Shown here: piece by piece, positions 14,666 through 30,622 of the stretch
How the letters are laid out: each line of letters opens with the position of its first letter
How positions within the stretch are numbered: the stretch's first letter is position 1
NCBI RefSeq assembly: GCF_009914755.1
Contig: NC_060940.1
DNA: 64,000 nucleotides
Reading direction: 5' to 3' (one strand)
DNA from: the human T2T-CHM13v2.0 reference genome, Homo sapiens
The notes under the pieces: generated by a model
Database searches by the model: none
Told to the model about the DNA's origin: nothing
What the model saw: only the letters and a program-made list of their open reading frames with translations
Position numbers and translations under genes: made by a program

Positions 14666-17210
14666 CTGAGGACAGTAGAGGCCACGTGGTCACCAGTATG
14701 AACATTCAGACTGCAGGAAGGTGGGGATTGTTCAGATGCCCTGGGGCCCAGCTCCACCGTGTGCCAGCTCCTTTGCACACACAGTCTCACTTATGCATTA
14801 CAACAGGGGGGGTCGGGGGTCCCCATCACCATGTTACAGATTAGGAAACTGAGGGTCACAGAGGCCCAGGTCTCAGCTCATGTCCTCTCAGGGACATGAG
14901 CACAGAAGTTACTGGAGCCCCCCAGTCCCTCCTTGTCACAGCACCTGAAACTAAAATCATTTTGTTTAGTTCTTCCTGCACATCATCACCTTGACCATTC
15001 TGCCTGTCAGCACAGCCCCAGCACCAGCATGAAGCCGGGCAAAGGGTAATGTGCACTGAAGGGTGGAAAGGTTGAGGTCGGGGCTCACACCTAGGTCTGG
15101 GGACTCCAGGGCAGGGAATGGGCAGAAAGGGACAGGGTGCGCACAGCCAGGCCGCGACTGTGAACCAGGCTAGAATGAGCAGACAGACAGAGGAGCCGGG
15201 TTAGAAGCAGAGCCGGGAGGGTCACAGCTCCTGGTTTGCAGGTGAAGAAGCTGATACAAGAATGAAATAGGGCCTCCCCACACATGAACATCAGGTGTGC
15301 TCCACACACCTCTCCCTCCTCTGCCCACGAGTGGAATACTTCCCCACCAGTATCCTGGGAGCCGGATCCCAAGTTGGACCCAGGCTGGCCCACACTCAGC
15401 CCTCCAGGGTTCTGGAAGGGTCTGCTGAGCCAGGCGGGCCAGGATGGAATGCAGGCAAACAGCCCGGTCACATCCATCGGCCAAAGACAATTGCATCGAG
15501 CCTCTTTCTGGGAAAGACTAATATTTACACTGCATGCTAAGCAGCTGCTGCAGCTGCTTCAAACCCACCCTGCCAGCGCCAGCTCGGGCCCAGCAAATGG
15601 ACTTTTACCAGGCAGCAAATGAACATGTCAAGCCCAATCAGTCCATCGCCTGTGGGGGGTGGGGGGACAGCGAGGGACGGTGACCTCATGCACTGCTGTC
15701 CCCGATAGCACCGGGCTCCTCCTGTGCATGTAATCTGCTTGGCCCAGGGAACTTCACATCCAATCTCCACACATCTTGCGCCTGGGCAGAGGCCACGCAG
15801 AGCAGAGGAGGCAGCTGTCAAGAGAGCGAGGTGGGGTGATGCTGATGGGGACAGGGTGGGCTGGTCAGCCCTGTGCCCGCTGAACCACTCTGCGGGGAGG
15901 GAGAGGAACGGGGCCTGACTGGGAAGTGTCAATAGGCAAGTCTGTAGCCCCAGAGCTGGGGAGGGTGTCACCCTTCCCTCCCATCTCCACTCCAGGTAAA
16001 TAGCAGACGCCTTTGTTCTCTACTCTGCCCAGAAAAGCTTTGAGGGAAATGTCCCTGCTTCAGAGGAAACCATCAGAAGTTTCAATGCCCCAGCCTGAGG
16101 CCTTCCTTAGACAGCCCCCTTTGCAGGCTCAGCTTTAGTCACTGGTGGATGTCCGGGACCCAGCCCTGACTCCACCCTCACCCCTGCCACCCACCCAGAA
16201 CCTCTGACATGCCTCAGACCCCCAGGAGTACCTCCTTCTCCAGCCCTGACCATACTGGTCTTAGCACCAGGCTGGATTCCTGTGTAGGCCGTGAGCTTCC
16301 AGAGGACAGGAGGGAGTGTTTCCCTCCTGTGTCCCAGGCCCAGGCCCAGCTGAGTCTCTGCTGAATGAAGGCAGAGAGGGCACCCATTGGGTGGCAGGCA
16401 CTGGGCTGGGGGCTTTACCTTCACTGAGATCCCTAGAGGCCACAGTGATCCTGAGGGGTGGTTGTCAGCTTCACCACTTTACCAGGAAAACTGAGGTCAG
16501 TGGGGCTGACACTTGCTTAAGTCACACAGCACTTGGGGCACACCTAGGATGAGAAGCCTGAGTCCCTTCTGGTGTCCCAGCTAGGGCTCTTCCCACCACA
16601 CAGCGCAGCTGATGTCGTTACAGCACTCATTTAGGCATTTTGTGTTTAAGATTTTGGCAGAGAACGGTTTTCATCTCATTCGTACACAGACATAGTCCTT
16701 TTTTAAACTAACCACCAGAAAATTGCCCCATTTACACCGGTTCAGATCCCGTAGTGAATAACCATTGCCCCAACCCGGCCACGCACCGAGCCACCCCTCT
16801 TGCTGAAACCTCGTCTCTATCCACAGACCTCACTGGAGGCCATCCCATCACCAAAGGCAGCCACCAGCCAGGCGGATGTGGCCCTCATCCAGACCTCCCG
16901 CCAGATGGCCACCCACTGGTCATTCCAAGACCTCATCAGGAGCAAAGGCCTCTCTGCCTCTGCCTACCACACGGCTGTGCCCTGCCCTTCAGCTCTCTTC
17001 TGAAGGAGAGAGGAGACCCGTGGCAGGACCAGGGTGGGGCATGAAGCTGGCTCTGGGAGCAGAACGGGCCCTCTGGGGGTGTGTGAACCCTTCCAGTCAC
17101 AGACGGGTAAGGTCTGCAAGTTGTGTCTATTTCTGGTGGAATCGGCTTCAAATCAGGGTTTTAAATGGAAGTTCATCTCGCCCTAGAAACAGAGGCTTTG
17201 GCAGGTGTCA

Positions 17211-17582
<372 letters not shown>

Positions 17583-18232
17583 TTACAGATAGGGAAACTG
17601 AGGGAGGGAAGAAAAGGCGCTTGCCTGAGGACACATGGAAAGTTAGTAGCCCTGCCAGAGCTCCAAGCACCACCCCAGAGCCACCAGCACCCAGATGCAG
17701 TCCCATTAACTCACTCACAAACAGGGAGGCCAAAGAGGTTCTCCAACCTTCCCCAGCCACACAGGCCAAGCTGCAATCAGACCTTGCCTTCCCAGGCCAC
17801 TGAGCTGAGAAGAGGTTATAAGGTCAATTCTTCCATCTTTAATAAAGAAATTGGGGTGGTGTGGAGGTGCTACCAGAACTGAGCAGGAGGTCCTCACAAA
17901 ATACTCTGCCTCACCTCCAGACGCCAGCCATGCCCAGGACCTCGGGAATGCTCACACCAGCACGAGGGTGAGGCCAGTTAGCACATCTTTGACAACCTCG
18001 CAGAGGAGCAAACCCAGCTGACCTGCCTCAGAAGGGCTGCCAGAGCCCACAAATACAAATATAGGATGTCCGAATCAAGGTGTCCACAGAGCCACACTCC
18101 CCTCTGGAGCTCCAGGGAAGAACCTGCCCCACGGCGCACTCTTAGCCCCTGCCATTGTGGTCATCCTGGGCATTGCATTACTCCATTCTCTGCCTCCCCT
18201 GAGCCACATCCATTAGATCGTCACCTGTCTAG

Positions 18233-18723
<491 letters not shown>

Positions 18724-18787
18724 TAATTTAATTAAATCTGCAAAGATCCCATTTTCATACAAGGTCATATTCAGAGGTTCAAGGGTC

Positions 18788-19235
<448 letters not shown>

Positions 19236-19993
19236 TTAATCTGGCAATCCTATGCACAACTCACATGGAATTCCCCAAGTTTCCACTGCCTGGCCCCTGG
19301 GTTTGCCCTCTAAAAAGTAAACTATTTTAAAAGAGGGAGAAATAATGGGGAAGGGGGAATCAACTATTTATGAACAAGGGTTAGTGTCCAAAAGGCACTT
19401 GAAAATGACAAAAGATGAGGGCAAGATAGAAGTAGGGGGAGGACAGATATTCAGTCCCAACTTATGCCTAGATTTGGGCTGGGCACTGCAGGAAAGACAA
19501 AGATGAAGGGGTCTGATGACAGGGGCAGGTGGCTGCCAGCTCTCGAAGGTCAGGAGGATATGCAGAATAAGAAGGGTACTCTGGGTGCTGCACCTGCCCA
19601 GGGCCAAGCAGTCACAGGTCCGGGGAACCTGAGCACATAGTTGGGAAAGCATTTCTGTGGGGTCACTAGCACCCCAGGCCCCTCAGCTCTGCCCTTGATG
19701 GAGCATACCTGAGCCCTGCTCCTTGGTCTCCTGCCTTTCTCACTCCACTCCGTCTCCTGGAAAATGCACCCAAACCCCTCAGTCCCACTTGGTGCTCGAA
19801 TCTACTGAGCAGAGTCACTGAGCCACCTCCTAGGTTGTCATCTGCCTAGGTCTCCCCTTTGGGTCTCTTTCAGGAAAGGGACTGGCAGGAAGCAAGGGAG
19901 ACAGGCTGACTCCCTAGCCTGGAGGGCTGATACTTCTAAGTGAGGCAAGACTCAACACACAATGCAATTTACCAAAGCCTGTCTAGGCCTCCC

Positions 19994-20724
19994 TGCCACA
20001 GACTGTGATATGGTTTGGCTGTGTCTCCACCCAAATCTCATCTTGAATTGCAGCTCCCATAATCCCCATGTGTCATGGAGGAACCTGGTGGGAGGTGATT
20101 AAATCATGGGGGCGGGTTTTTCCCATGCTGTTCTCGTGATAGTGAATAAGTGTCACAAGATGATGGTTTTATAAAGGACAGTTCCCCTGCACACACTCTC
20201 TTGCCTGCTGCCATGTAAGACATGCCTTTGCTCCTCCTTTGCCTTCTGCCATGATCATGAGGCCTCCCCAGCCATGTGGAACTGTGATTCCATTGAACTT
20301 CTTTTCCTTTATAAATTACCCAGTCTCAGGTATGTCTTTATTAGCAGTGTAAGAATGGACTAACACAGACTGAATGTTTGCATCCCCCCAAAATTCTTAA
20401 GTTGAATCCTAACCCCCAGTGTGATGGTATTTGGAGATGGGAACTTTGGGAGGTGATCAGGTCATGGGAGGGGAGCCTGCATGAATGGGATTAGTGCCCT
20501 TATAAAAGAGACCTCAGAGAGCTGCCTCACCTCTTCTGCCATGTGAGAACACAGAGCAAAGACAGCTGTCTATGAACCAGGAAGCAGACCCTCACCCAAT
20601 GCTGAATCTGCCTGCACTTTGATCTTGAGCTTCCAGCCTCCCAAACTGTGAGAAATAAGTTTCTGTTGTGTCTGAGCCTCCACTCTATGGTATTCTGTTA
20701 TAACAGCCTGAACGGACTAAGACA
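19994..20724 (+). mobile_element. MLT1A0-like solo LTR (19994-20005 plus 20368-20724), interrupted by THE1
   Basis: TG...GACTGAATGTTTG..CCCCCAAAATTC...GAACGGACTAAGACA. Confidence 0.85.
20006..20367 (+). mobile_element. THE1 (THE1C-like) solo LTR
   Basis: TGATATGGTTTGGCTGTGT...GGACTAACACA; 5-bp TSD GACTG at 20001-20005 and 20368-20372. Confidence 0.92.
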
Positions 20725-21514
20725 CGTCCCCTCCTGGGTGGGGGTAGAGACTGACTTAGCTGGTGGGTTGCTGCAGAGTTGGGGGTTGGAGTTTCTCATC
20801 TGGCAAGAGAGGAACACTGAAGCCAGGGAGAGAGCAGAGCCAGGAGTACAAAATGAAGATCTGAAAGCCAGAAAGGAAAGCAGGGTCCCCTCACCCATCC
20901 CCATCACCCCATCAGCAGCATCAGCAACCTTTCCTGAGCACTTACTACAAGCAAAGCAGCAGGGGAAGGCTATCACATGTCTTCCCTCCCTAAACCAAAG
21001 GGCCAGAGAGAGAGGGGACCCGAGAGGGGTGCCCACTATATTGCTTTGTTAAATTAAACTTACGGCCAGTTATCAGAGTCACCCAGTGGTGATAGAGCTA
21101 AGGGCCATTCTTGGGCCGTGTCCAGAACAGGCTCAGGTGCCTGGTAGGTGTGGTCTGGGCCTCTAGCAGGAGCTGGCTGGTGTGCCTGGGCTGAGTGCCC
21201 TTGACCTCTTAGAATGGAGTGTGCCAAGTGGAGGGGGCCTTTGCAGCCAGGCTGCTGGCAGAGGGACACCATTTGTGCTGCTAAGCTCTCAGCGGAGACA
21301 GCATGCCTGAGCCCAGGCCAGCAGGACAGACACTCACCGAGGGAGCTGGGGATGTGAGCACATCTGCCCTAAACACAGACCTGGCATCCAACTGACTTGG
21401 GCAGCGTTTGGTGGAAGATGCTGGATGTTCGTCCCTCAGGCTGCCTCCTCCAGGGTCTCGCATCCAAATTAGTCTCTCTCTGGCTCCTTCTCTTGCGTGC
21501 TGCAAACCCAGCAC

Positions 21515-21685
21515 CCTCACACACATGCTCACACTCACAAACACTCATGCACACTCATGTATAAGTCATACCTACTCTATATACACAGCATGCACATCCT
21601 CACACACACAAACCCACACCTGGGCACACACACACACACACACCTTTCCATAGATAGATCGATACCGGCACATACACACACCCAT
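21515..21685. repeat. Degenerate (CA)n tract
   Basis: CA-rich, with a perfect run near 21625-21643. Confidence 0.85.
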
Positions 21686-22413
21686 CCATAATAACACGAT
21701 GAAAGCTATGGACTGGAATTTATTTACAATGTGCCACACATGCAGAGAGCACTCCCTCACAATGCCCAACTTTGCAATTGCACCCACAGCTTGTATTTAA
21801 AGCATTTCCCTGGCTCACCAGTGGAAAATAAATTTCTTTTCTCACTTTCCAGATTTGCTTTCATCAACCTGGTGCCAATTTCCACTTAAAAAATGATATC
21901 CAGGAAAGACCAAGAACCTAGAAAGGAAAAATGAATCTCGGCTCCGACAGATAGACGGGAGCCAGAGCTTCCCTACCATGGAGCTGACGCTGTAACCACC
22001 TGTCTTTGTGGCAAAGATGCAAGGTGATGGGGAATATTTGGATAGGCATGTGGGGCTTGTGCTGAGGCCAATGGTCAGTGGAAGTGAAAAGGATGAGGGG
22101 TGAGGCGTTTGCAGCCTAGAACAGACAGACACTGGGACCGGCAAGCATGCAGATGATAGGAGCAAAAGTGAGCGACAAGAGAGCAGCGACAGCTCAAGCA
22201 CATGAACAAGCACAGGGCACTGACTTTGATCAGCCCAGGGTTGGTACCACCTCTGAACTGTGAGAGAACAGGGTGGGGAGGGAGAGTTTGATGGTTTTCC
22301 AGAAAGTTATTGTGGCAGCTTCAACCCTCATCAGGAAGCTGCTTCTGCCCCTTTGTGACAGGGAGAAGAACGAGGTAACCTGGCAAACCCAGAGCATTAA
22401 AATGAGGGAATCA

Positions 22414-22833
<420 letters not shown>

Positions 22834-22890
22834 CCTCCAGACCAGATCACCTTAATAACAGAACTGACGAAGCCCCTGGGATTGAGTTTA

Positions 22891-23337
<447 letters not shown>

Positions 23338-24074
23338 TTATTTGAGTCACTTATTTATTTTTCTTGCAAAATAATCATTCTACAGGGATAAATGCCTTTA
23401 TTTGTATTCCTAACTGAGAATGAGCACAGTCTTTTGTGTTGGCTGGGCTCATTAGAAACAAGTCCCTGAGGTCTACAATGGGCTCATTTTCACAGTTACT
23501 AAGTAAAGTCAACCTCTTATGAAAATCGTAGTTTACAACTTTAAGTAAATAAACACAGTTTTCTACAAACATTCTAACAAATTTAGTTTCCTATAACAAA
23601 TATTCACAGTCTCATATGTAAAAGTCTACAGTTCTTGGAACTATTAAAAATAAACCTTTCAATATTTCAGGAAAATTCCCTGTCCCCTTAGGAAATATGC
23701 TGGGACAGAAAATCAACTCTACGATGACAAGACATAGCGTAAATACAGATTTAACTTGAATTTCATGGTAACGGGTATGTAAATATTTGCTGCACTTCTC
23801 TCATCTATCTAAATAGAGGCTAATGGCTAATCCAGGGTTTTGCATTCTCAAAAGTGCTTGTGCCCTCTCAAGGCACCTGCTACCAAAGCTGAAAGCCTCT
23901 GGTCTCCACTTAATTTTAATCAAGTCTGATTTAAAAGTGTTTAGGGTTTATAATTGTTAATTCTACATAGCTGCTAGAAAACACTCCCAGGGCCCCTTTT
24001 CTAGAAGTCATGACCTTGTTTGGGTGGGGATGGGGGCGGCTCTTAGGGCAACTCACGTAAGATAAACATGGGTT

Positions 24075-24254
24075 GGGGGCAAAAATGTTGAGGCCAGCCT
24101 GCCCGGGTTGGAATTCTAGCTCTGCCATGCACTAGCAGCAAGTACTTGAGCAAAGTATGTTAATTTCTCTGAGCCTCAGTTTCCTCATTTGTAAAATGGG
24201 GATGATAATAATAATAATTTTGTTAGATCGTTCTGAGAATTGAATGAGATCATA
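24075..24254 (+). mobile_element. MIR
   Basis: CTCTGAGCCTCAGTTTCCTCATTTGTAAAATGGGGATGATAATA. Confidence 0.88.
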
Positions 24255-24686
24255 TGCGGGTGGTGGACGCTGTAATGTGACTCCCACTTCAGAAACAAAG
24301 CTTTCTTCTCCCAGCTGCTGGGCGTGCTGCCAAAGACAGCCTTCAGCTGTCCGCTCTCTTTGGGGGCTGTCTCAGCTGCAGACTGCCCTGCCCAAAATTA
24401 TACCTCCTGCTAGGGTGGCTTGCATCAATGACTGATCAACGTAGGGATGTAAAGGCCTGTCCCCCTTGTCCCAACTCGGGACATCCCAGCTCCAGAGCTT
24501 CCCATGGGGCTGGCCGAGCTCTTCATTGGGACTGCATCACAGCTCAACTTCTCCCTCTGCCCCATCCTGCTTCCTACTCCTTCTTCTCCAAGTGTTGATC
24601 CACAGACACCTCCCCTCCTTCATAAACATCCTCTACTCTAATCCTTGACTCAGAGTCAGCTTCCCCAGCAAGAACAGTAAGTGACA
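24255..24686 (+). mobile_element. LTR16C-like ERVL LTR
   Basis: CCCAGCTGCTGGG..TGCTG..AGACAGCCTTCAGCTGTC; CAATGACTGATC; GGGACTGCATCACAGCTCAACTTCTCCCTCTGCCC. Confidence 0.78.
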
Positions 24687-25369
24687 ACATATAAAGTATT
24701 CAGAAAAGCATTATTTAAGTGTCTGTTAAATAGAAAGTTAGCAGGTAAAACTGAAGTTAGAAACCACAGGATGTCCTCTATGCCTTGGAAGCAAAGATGT
24801 CTGGGTCCAAATTTGTCTCAGAGGTAGAAACTTTGGGAAGCTTCTAGAATGGGAAGGAGGGAACATCACTGGACTGCATGCCTCCAAGTCCCTGGAAAGT
24901 AGAGAAGCAAGGAAAGATTTGGGGGCTTCTCTGCACCTCGCTGCCCTGAAGCTCTCTAGGAGAGACTGGGGGAAAAGTAGGAAATGTGGAATTTTCTTCC
25001 AGAATTTTTCAATTTTTTTTAAATATGGGATCTCAGGATGATCTCTACTGTTAAGAGCTCGACACTGTTTCAGAGCAAGAACACCTGGGACAAACAGAAG
25101 AGTGGAATTTAGACCAGAGTGGAACAGACACTGGGGACAGCTCTTAGTCAGAGGTGCCTGGGATGGAGTTTAAGTTTCTCATTCAAAACTTCAAATGCCA
25201 AGCTTTTAAAGGAAGTGTCTCTCTCCATTGTGATATGGGCCCACTCCCAGTCAAGGAGTAAAGGACTGACCATGTACCCCTGACTCTTACCACTGGTCAG
25301 CTTGGACATATGCCCCTCATCCCCCATCAAAAAGCAGACATCAAAGGCATGAGACTAGTGTCATGCTAA

Positions 25370-25810
25370 GAAGGGGCTTTGGATGCAGTGGAAGCCCAGA
25401 GGGAGTGGAGATTGAGTCTGACTGGAGCAGTGAGGATAGGCTTCCCAGAGGAGATGACGTTCAAGGAGGGCCTTGACAGACGGGTAGAAGTTCTCCAGTC
25501 ACACAAAGAGCAGAGGGATTTCTAGGCAGAGGAAATGGCACATCTATTGACACCTAGACACAAACAAGCAGAGGATGTTCAAGAAAAATGTAGGGGGTTC
25601 GGTGTGGCTGGAGCTTGGAGGACTTAAGAACTGCCTTGAGTGGAAGCTGGAGAATCACAAAGTGACCATGGCCAGCCCCAGATCCCAGACCAAAGAACTT
25701 GAATTTGATTTGGAAGGTGATGGGGAACCCACAGGAGCCCTCAAGCAGAGGATTGGCCGAGTCAGCCAGTGTTGTGGTAACATTATTTGGGTGATGGGTA
25801 TGGAGGAGAA
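25370..25810 (-). mobile_element. L2 fragment
   Basis: GGCTTCCCAGAGGAGATGAC...CTAGGCAGAGGAAATGGC...GGTGATGGGGAACCCAC. Confidence 0.65.
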
Positions 25811-26294
25811 AGTAAAGGGCTCTCCTGGCCATAAGGCAGGACTTTCTGGTGTGGGCTCGTCAAATAGGAGAAAGCAACCTGAGTTTTGCACTTCCAGATG
25901 AAAGCTGGAAGACAAACACCCATTTGGAAAAGGCAGAAGGTCCCCGGTTGGAGGAGACCAGGGAGCTGGAGCAGTTTCCTCCGAAGCAGCTGTGGTGTAC
26001 ACGCGTTTGGATTTGGTTTGATTACTTAAACAGAATGTACTTCTCACTGCCTCTCCTTGTTTTATATCAACATCTGAGGTGGCCGCAACAGTATCCAAAT
26101 TATCCAGGGACTTGCTCAGCAAACAGCAGACGCTCAGCCACAAATCACAGCTGGAGAGCCCGTTTTTCTATGGAATTTTCAGCCATAAAAGGGCCCAGAT
26201 GTTCTAAGAAAATTTTCTTGGTGCTGAAAAGATGCCAGATCTTAGCGAAGAACTGCAAGAAGATGGTTAACTTTCAGTGGGCTCCTTGGAAAGT

Positions 26295-26668
26295 GGCCCT
26301 GGGAGGGATAATTGCACACAGGAGGTTTATCAGGGAGTGTTCCTGGAAGACACACCTGTGAGGAAGTGAGAGGGGCAGAGCTGGGTGGAGGGAGGAGCTG
26401 ACCCACAATGCAGCAGCAGCTGAGGTCTGAGCCATTCCCACAGGAGCTAGGAAGCCTCCAAATGGAAGCAAGGAGGCTGGCCTTGATATCACCTGTGTTG
26501 GCCACTCCTTAGCCACAGGCTGTCATCTAGGAGGAGCAAGGAAGCTCGCACAGCTGAGTGCAATGTCCAGTAAGCAATGCCATTGTGAACTGATATCCTT
26601 GGCAGCTGAGGGATGGGTGCATGAGCCCTGAAGAGGGGAAATGGGCAGAGCTCCCCAATATCTACCAC
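26295..26668 (-). mobile_element. LTR16-family ERVL LTR
   Basis: GGAGGTTTATCAGGGAGTGTTCCTGG...ACACCTGTG...GGCAGCTGAGGG. Confidence 0.6.
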
Positions 26669-26674
26669 AGCTGG

Positions 26675-27060
26675 TATGTTAGGCTGTCCTTGCATTGCTA
26701 TAAAGAAACAATTGAGACTGGGTGATTTACAAAGAGAAGAGGTTTAAGTGGCTCATGATTCTGCAGGCTGTACGGGAGGCATGGTGCTGGCATCTGCTCA
26801 GCGTCTGGGGAGGCCTCAGGAAGCTTTTACTCATGGCAGAAGGCAAAGTGGGAGCAGGCACATCACATGGCCAGAGCAGGAGAAAGAGGGAGAGTGGGGG
26901 AGGTGCCACATACTTTAAACAACCGGATCTCATAAGAACTCACCCACTACCGTGAGGACAGTGCCAAGCCATGACCCAAACACCTCCCCCCAGACCCCAC
27001 CTCCAACACTAGGGATTATATCTCAACATGAGATTTGGAGGGGACATCCAAAGTGTATCA
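26675..27060 (-). mobile_element. MST (MSTA/MSTB-like) MaLR solo LTR
   Basis: GCATTGCTATAAAGAAA...GGCATCTGCTCAGC...CAACATGAGATTTGGAGGGGACA. Confidence 0.85.
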
Positions 27061-27663
27061 GCCAAGATCCAAATCTGCCTCCTGACCCATGAACCCCCAA
27101 AAGATACAGACTGTGCAGCTAGAGCAGGATTCAGAGACATGCCACATTCAGAAGAGAGGACCCAATTCAATCCACCCACGGTGGCCTCTGTAGTCCTTTG
27201 CATCAGCAAAGTCACATCCAAGCTCAAGGGCCACCTTGCTGGACAATGATGCCAGTAGCCTAAGAGCAGCCAGAAAGCCCCGCTGGAGACCCAAGATTAC
27301 TCCAGAGAGCTGACTCTGCTATGCGCGATCTGCATGGGGTGGCCCAACTAGACAAGTGATTTTTGTAAGGGTGCCACCTTACTGAGTGACGGACTTGACT
27401 GTGAAACTTTTTAAAATACACATGCTCCCCTATTTCTACTTCAGAAAGTCTGAGATGGGCCTGGGTATCTGTATGTTTCTAAAGCTGAACAGGTGATTCT
27501 AATGCGCAGGCCTCCTTGAGATCCCACTCCAAGGCCAGCCTGGATCCACCAGTTCACAGGCGTGCGGGTCAGGGCAGACCTGGGATCACAGACTCTAATG
27601 CCGGGGGCTCAGGTGGGTGTCACTAGTATGAGTGAGTTGGGTGGAGACAGATGCTTCCCCAGT

Positions 27664-27797
27664 TGTCCCCTCCAAATCTCATGTTGAGATATGATCCCCA
27701 GTGTTGGAGGTGAGGCCTGGCGGGGGGTGTCTGGGCCATGGGATAGATGCCTCGTGGCTTGGCACTGTCCATACAGTAGCGCATGAGTTCTCATCAG
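27664..27797 (+). mobile_element. MST LTR 5' fragment
   Basis: TGTCCCCTCCAAATCTCATGTTGAGATATGATCCCCAGTGTTGGAGGTG. Confidence 0.8.
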
Positions 27798-28083
27798 CCG
27801 TGCTCTCTCCATGCTGTGTTCACCCTGTGAATCAGAACACAGTTCTGATACTTACTAAATGGGAATGGGGTCTCAGGGAGACCAGAGCTTTCCAGATAAA
27901 CTCGAAATCCAGATTGGTATGCAACATCTGATTTTAAAATGCTGACGATTAACTCAAATATTCTTAACATCGTGTAAGCCACACAAAACCAATCTGTAGG
28001 CCTGGTTCTGTTCTTGGGGGCACCAATTCATGAATTCTGGTGTAGATCACCCCAGACCAGGCAGTGTGAGGAGTCCTATATAG

Positions 28084-28750
<667 letters not shown>

Positions 28751-28754
28751 GACG

Positions 28755-29492
28755 TAGAACATGCTGGATAAAAATGGTAGCTACCAGTCACATATGACAA
28801 TTAAGCACTTGCTAAGTGGCTAGTGAAACTAAAGAACTAAATGTTTTGTTTTTATTTTAATTCAATTCATACTTTATGAAATCTAAATGCTAATCAGGTA
28901 TTTCCAGCAAAATGTTAACATCTGAATTGAGATGTCCTGTAAGTATAAAATATACACCAAATTTCAATGTCACAGTGTAAAAAAAACTCACTGATAATTT
29001 TTTATTAATTACATGTTGATTTGATTATATATATACACTATATATATACACACACACATATGTGTATATATACATGTATATATTTTTAGACAGTCTCTCT
29101 CTGTCACTCAGGCTGGAGTATAGTAGTGTGATCTCAGCTCACTACAACCTCCGCCTCCCAACTTTAAGTGATTCTCCTGCCTCAGCCTCCCAAGTAGCTG
29201 GGACTGCAGGCGTGTGCCACCATGCCTGGCTAGTTTTTGTATTTTTAGTAGAGACAGGGTTTCACCATGTTGGCCAGGCTGGTCTGGAACTCCTAGACTC
29301 AAGCAATCCTCCCACCTCAGCCTCCCAAAGTGCTGGGATTACAGGCGTGAGCTACTGCACCCAGCCTAATTTGATAACATTTTTGATAGATTGAGTTAAA
29401 TAAATATTATCAATGTTGATTTCACCTGTTTCTTTTTACCTACTAGAAAATGTTAAACAGGTGGCATGCACTGTATTTCTATAGAAAAGAGC
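28755..29492 (-). mobile_element. MER33-like (hAT-Charlie) interrupted by an Alu
   Basis: TCTGAATTGAGATGTCCTGTAAGTATAAAATATACACC; GATTTCACCTGTTTCTTTTTAC. Confidence 0.75.
29082..29367 (-). mobile_element. Alu with (TA)/(CA) microsatellite on its tail side (29025-29082)
   Basis: Full dimer. Confidence 0.9.
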
Positions 29493-30281
29493 TGGTGTAG
29501 AAATCTCGGATTCTCCAGCATAGATAGTCCTGGGTCAAACAGAGTAGAACATTCTGGATAGGGAAGTTGGAGGTAGAGGGGGAGATGAGATGAAGAGGGG
29601 AGAGGAAGGTAGATCACAGGCTCTGGGAGGAGTTTGTAGCTCCCATGACCTAAGTCACTGGGGAGGCACTGGAGGATTTTAAGCAACAGAATGATGTAAT
29701 TAGATTTGTGTTCTACAAAGATCCCTCTGGCAAAAGTGCGAAATGGATTGGAAAAAGACAACTCTGACTTTTCCATAGAAGATGTCCTAGCAGAGATTGT
29801 GACTGTATTAGGCTCCTCATTGCATCTGCCATGCCACCTGGCAGACGCATGAGTGACACTCAGTAAATACTTGAATGAATCAATCAATCCCAATCAGTCA
29901 ATGGCAGGTGCTAAAGAAACCCCTGGCGCTCTGTTCCCTGGTCCAAGGTCATACCTGAGTGTGGTCCAGGAGACAGCAGAGCCTGTTTCTCATCTTTTCT
30001 GAGTACAGATTAATTCCCAGCTCTCACCCTCCTACATTAAAAAAAAAAAAAAAAGGAGCATGAAGAAAAATATCATTTCTTGGAAAGCAACACTTCTCAG
30101 TGGCTGTTTTTCTTCTTCAAATTATTAGGCGAGAATATGTTTTTCAGAGGGAGGAATTGAAGGCATAAAGCCCAGAATCCATGTTCCCCAAAAAATTGTG
30201 TTTACTTTCTATGCAAAGAGAAGCGAGGCGAATGGAAACTCCATCAGCTGGGGAGTGGGTGCTGTGGAGCCTTACGGAGAG

Positions 30282-30622
30282 TGTATTAGTCCGTTTTCAC
30301 ACTGCTATAAAGATACTACCCCAGACTGGGTAATTTATAAACAAAAGAGGTTTAATTGACTCACAGTTCCACATGGCTGGGGAGGCCTCAGAAACTTACA
30401 GTCATGGCAGAAGGGGAAGCAGGCACCTTTTTCACAAGGCAGCAGGAGAGCGAGTGAGAGTGAAGAGGGAAGAGCCCCTTATAAAACCATCAGAGCTCCT
30501 GAGAACTCACTATCACAAGAACAGCTGGGGGAAACTGCCCCCATGATCCAATCACCTCCCGACGCTTGTGGATTACAATTCAAGATGAGACTTGGGTGGG
30601 GACACAGAGCCAAACCATATCA
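30282..30622 (-). mobile_element. THE1D/MSTA-like MaLR solo LTR
   Basis: TGTATTAGTCCGTTTTCAC...GCCAAACCATATCA; 5-bp TSD GAGAG at 30277-30281 and 30623-30627. Confidence 0.9.

Noticed and set aside
25655-26361. Overlapping 162/170-aa ORFs in partly unique DNA
   Set aside because: No recognisable protein family; flanked by and overlapping L2/LTR16 remnants. A processed pseudogene could not be supported (no poly-A or TSD).
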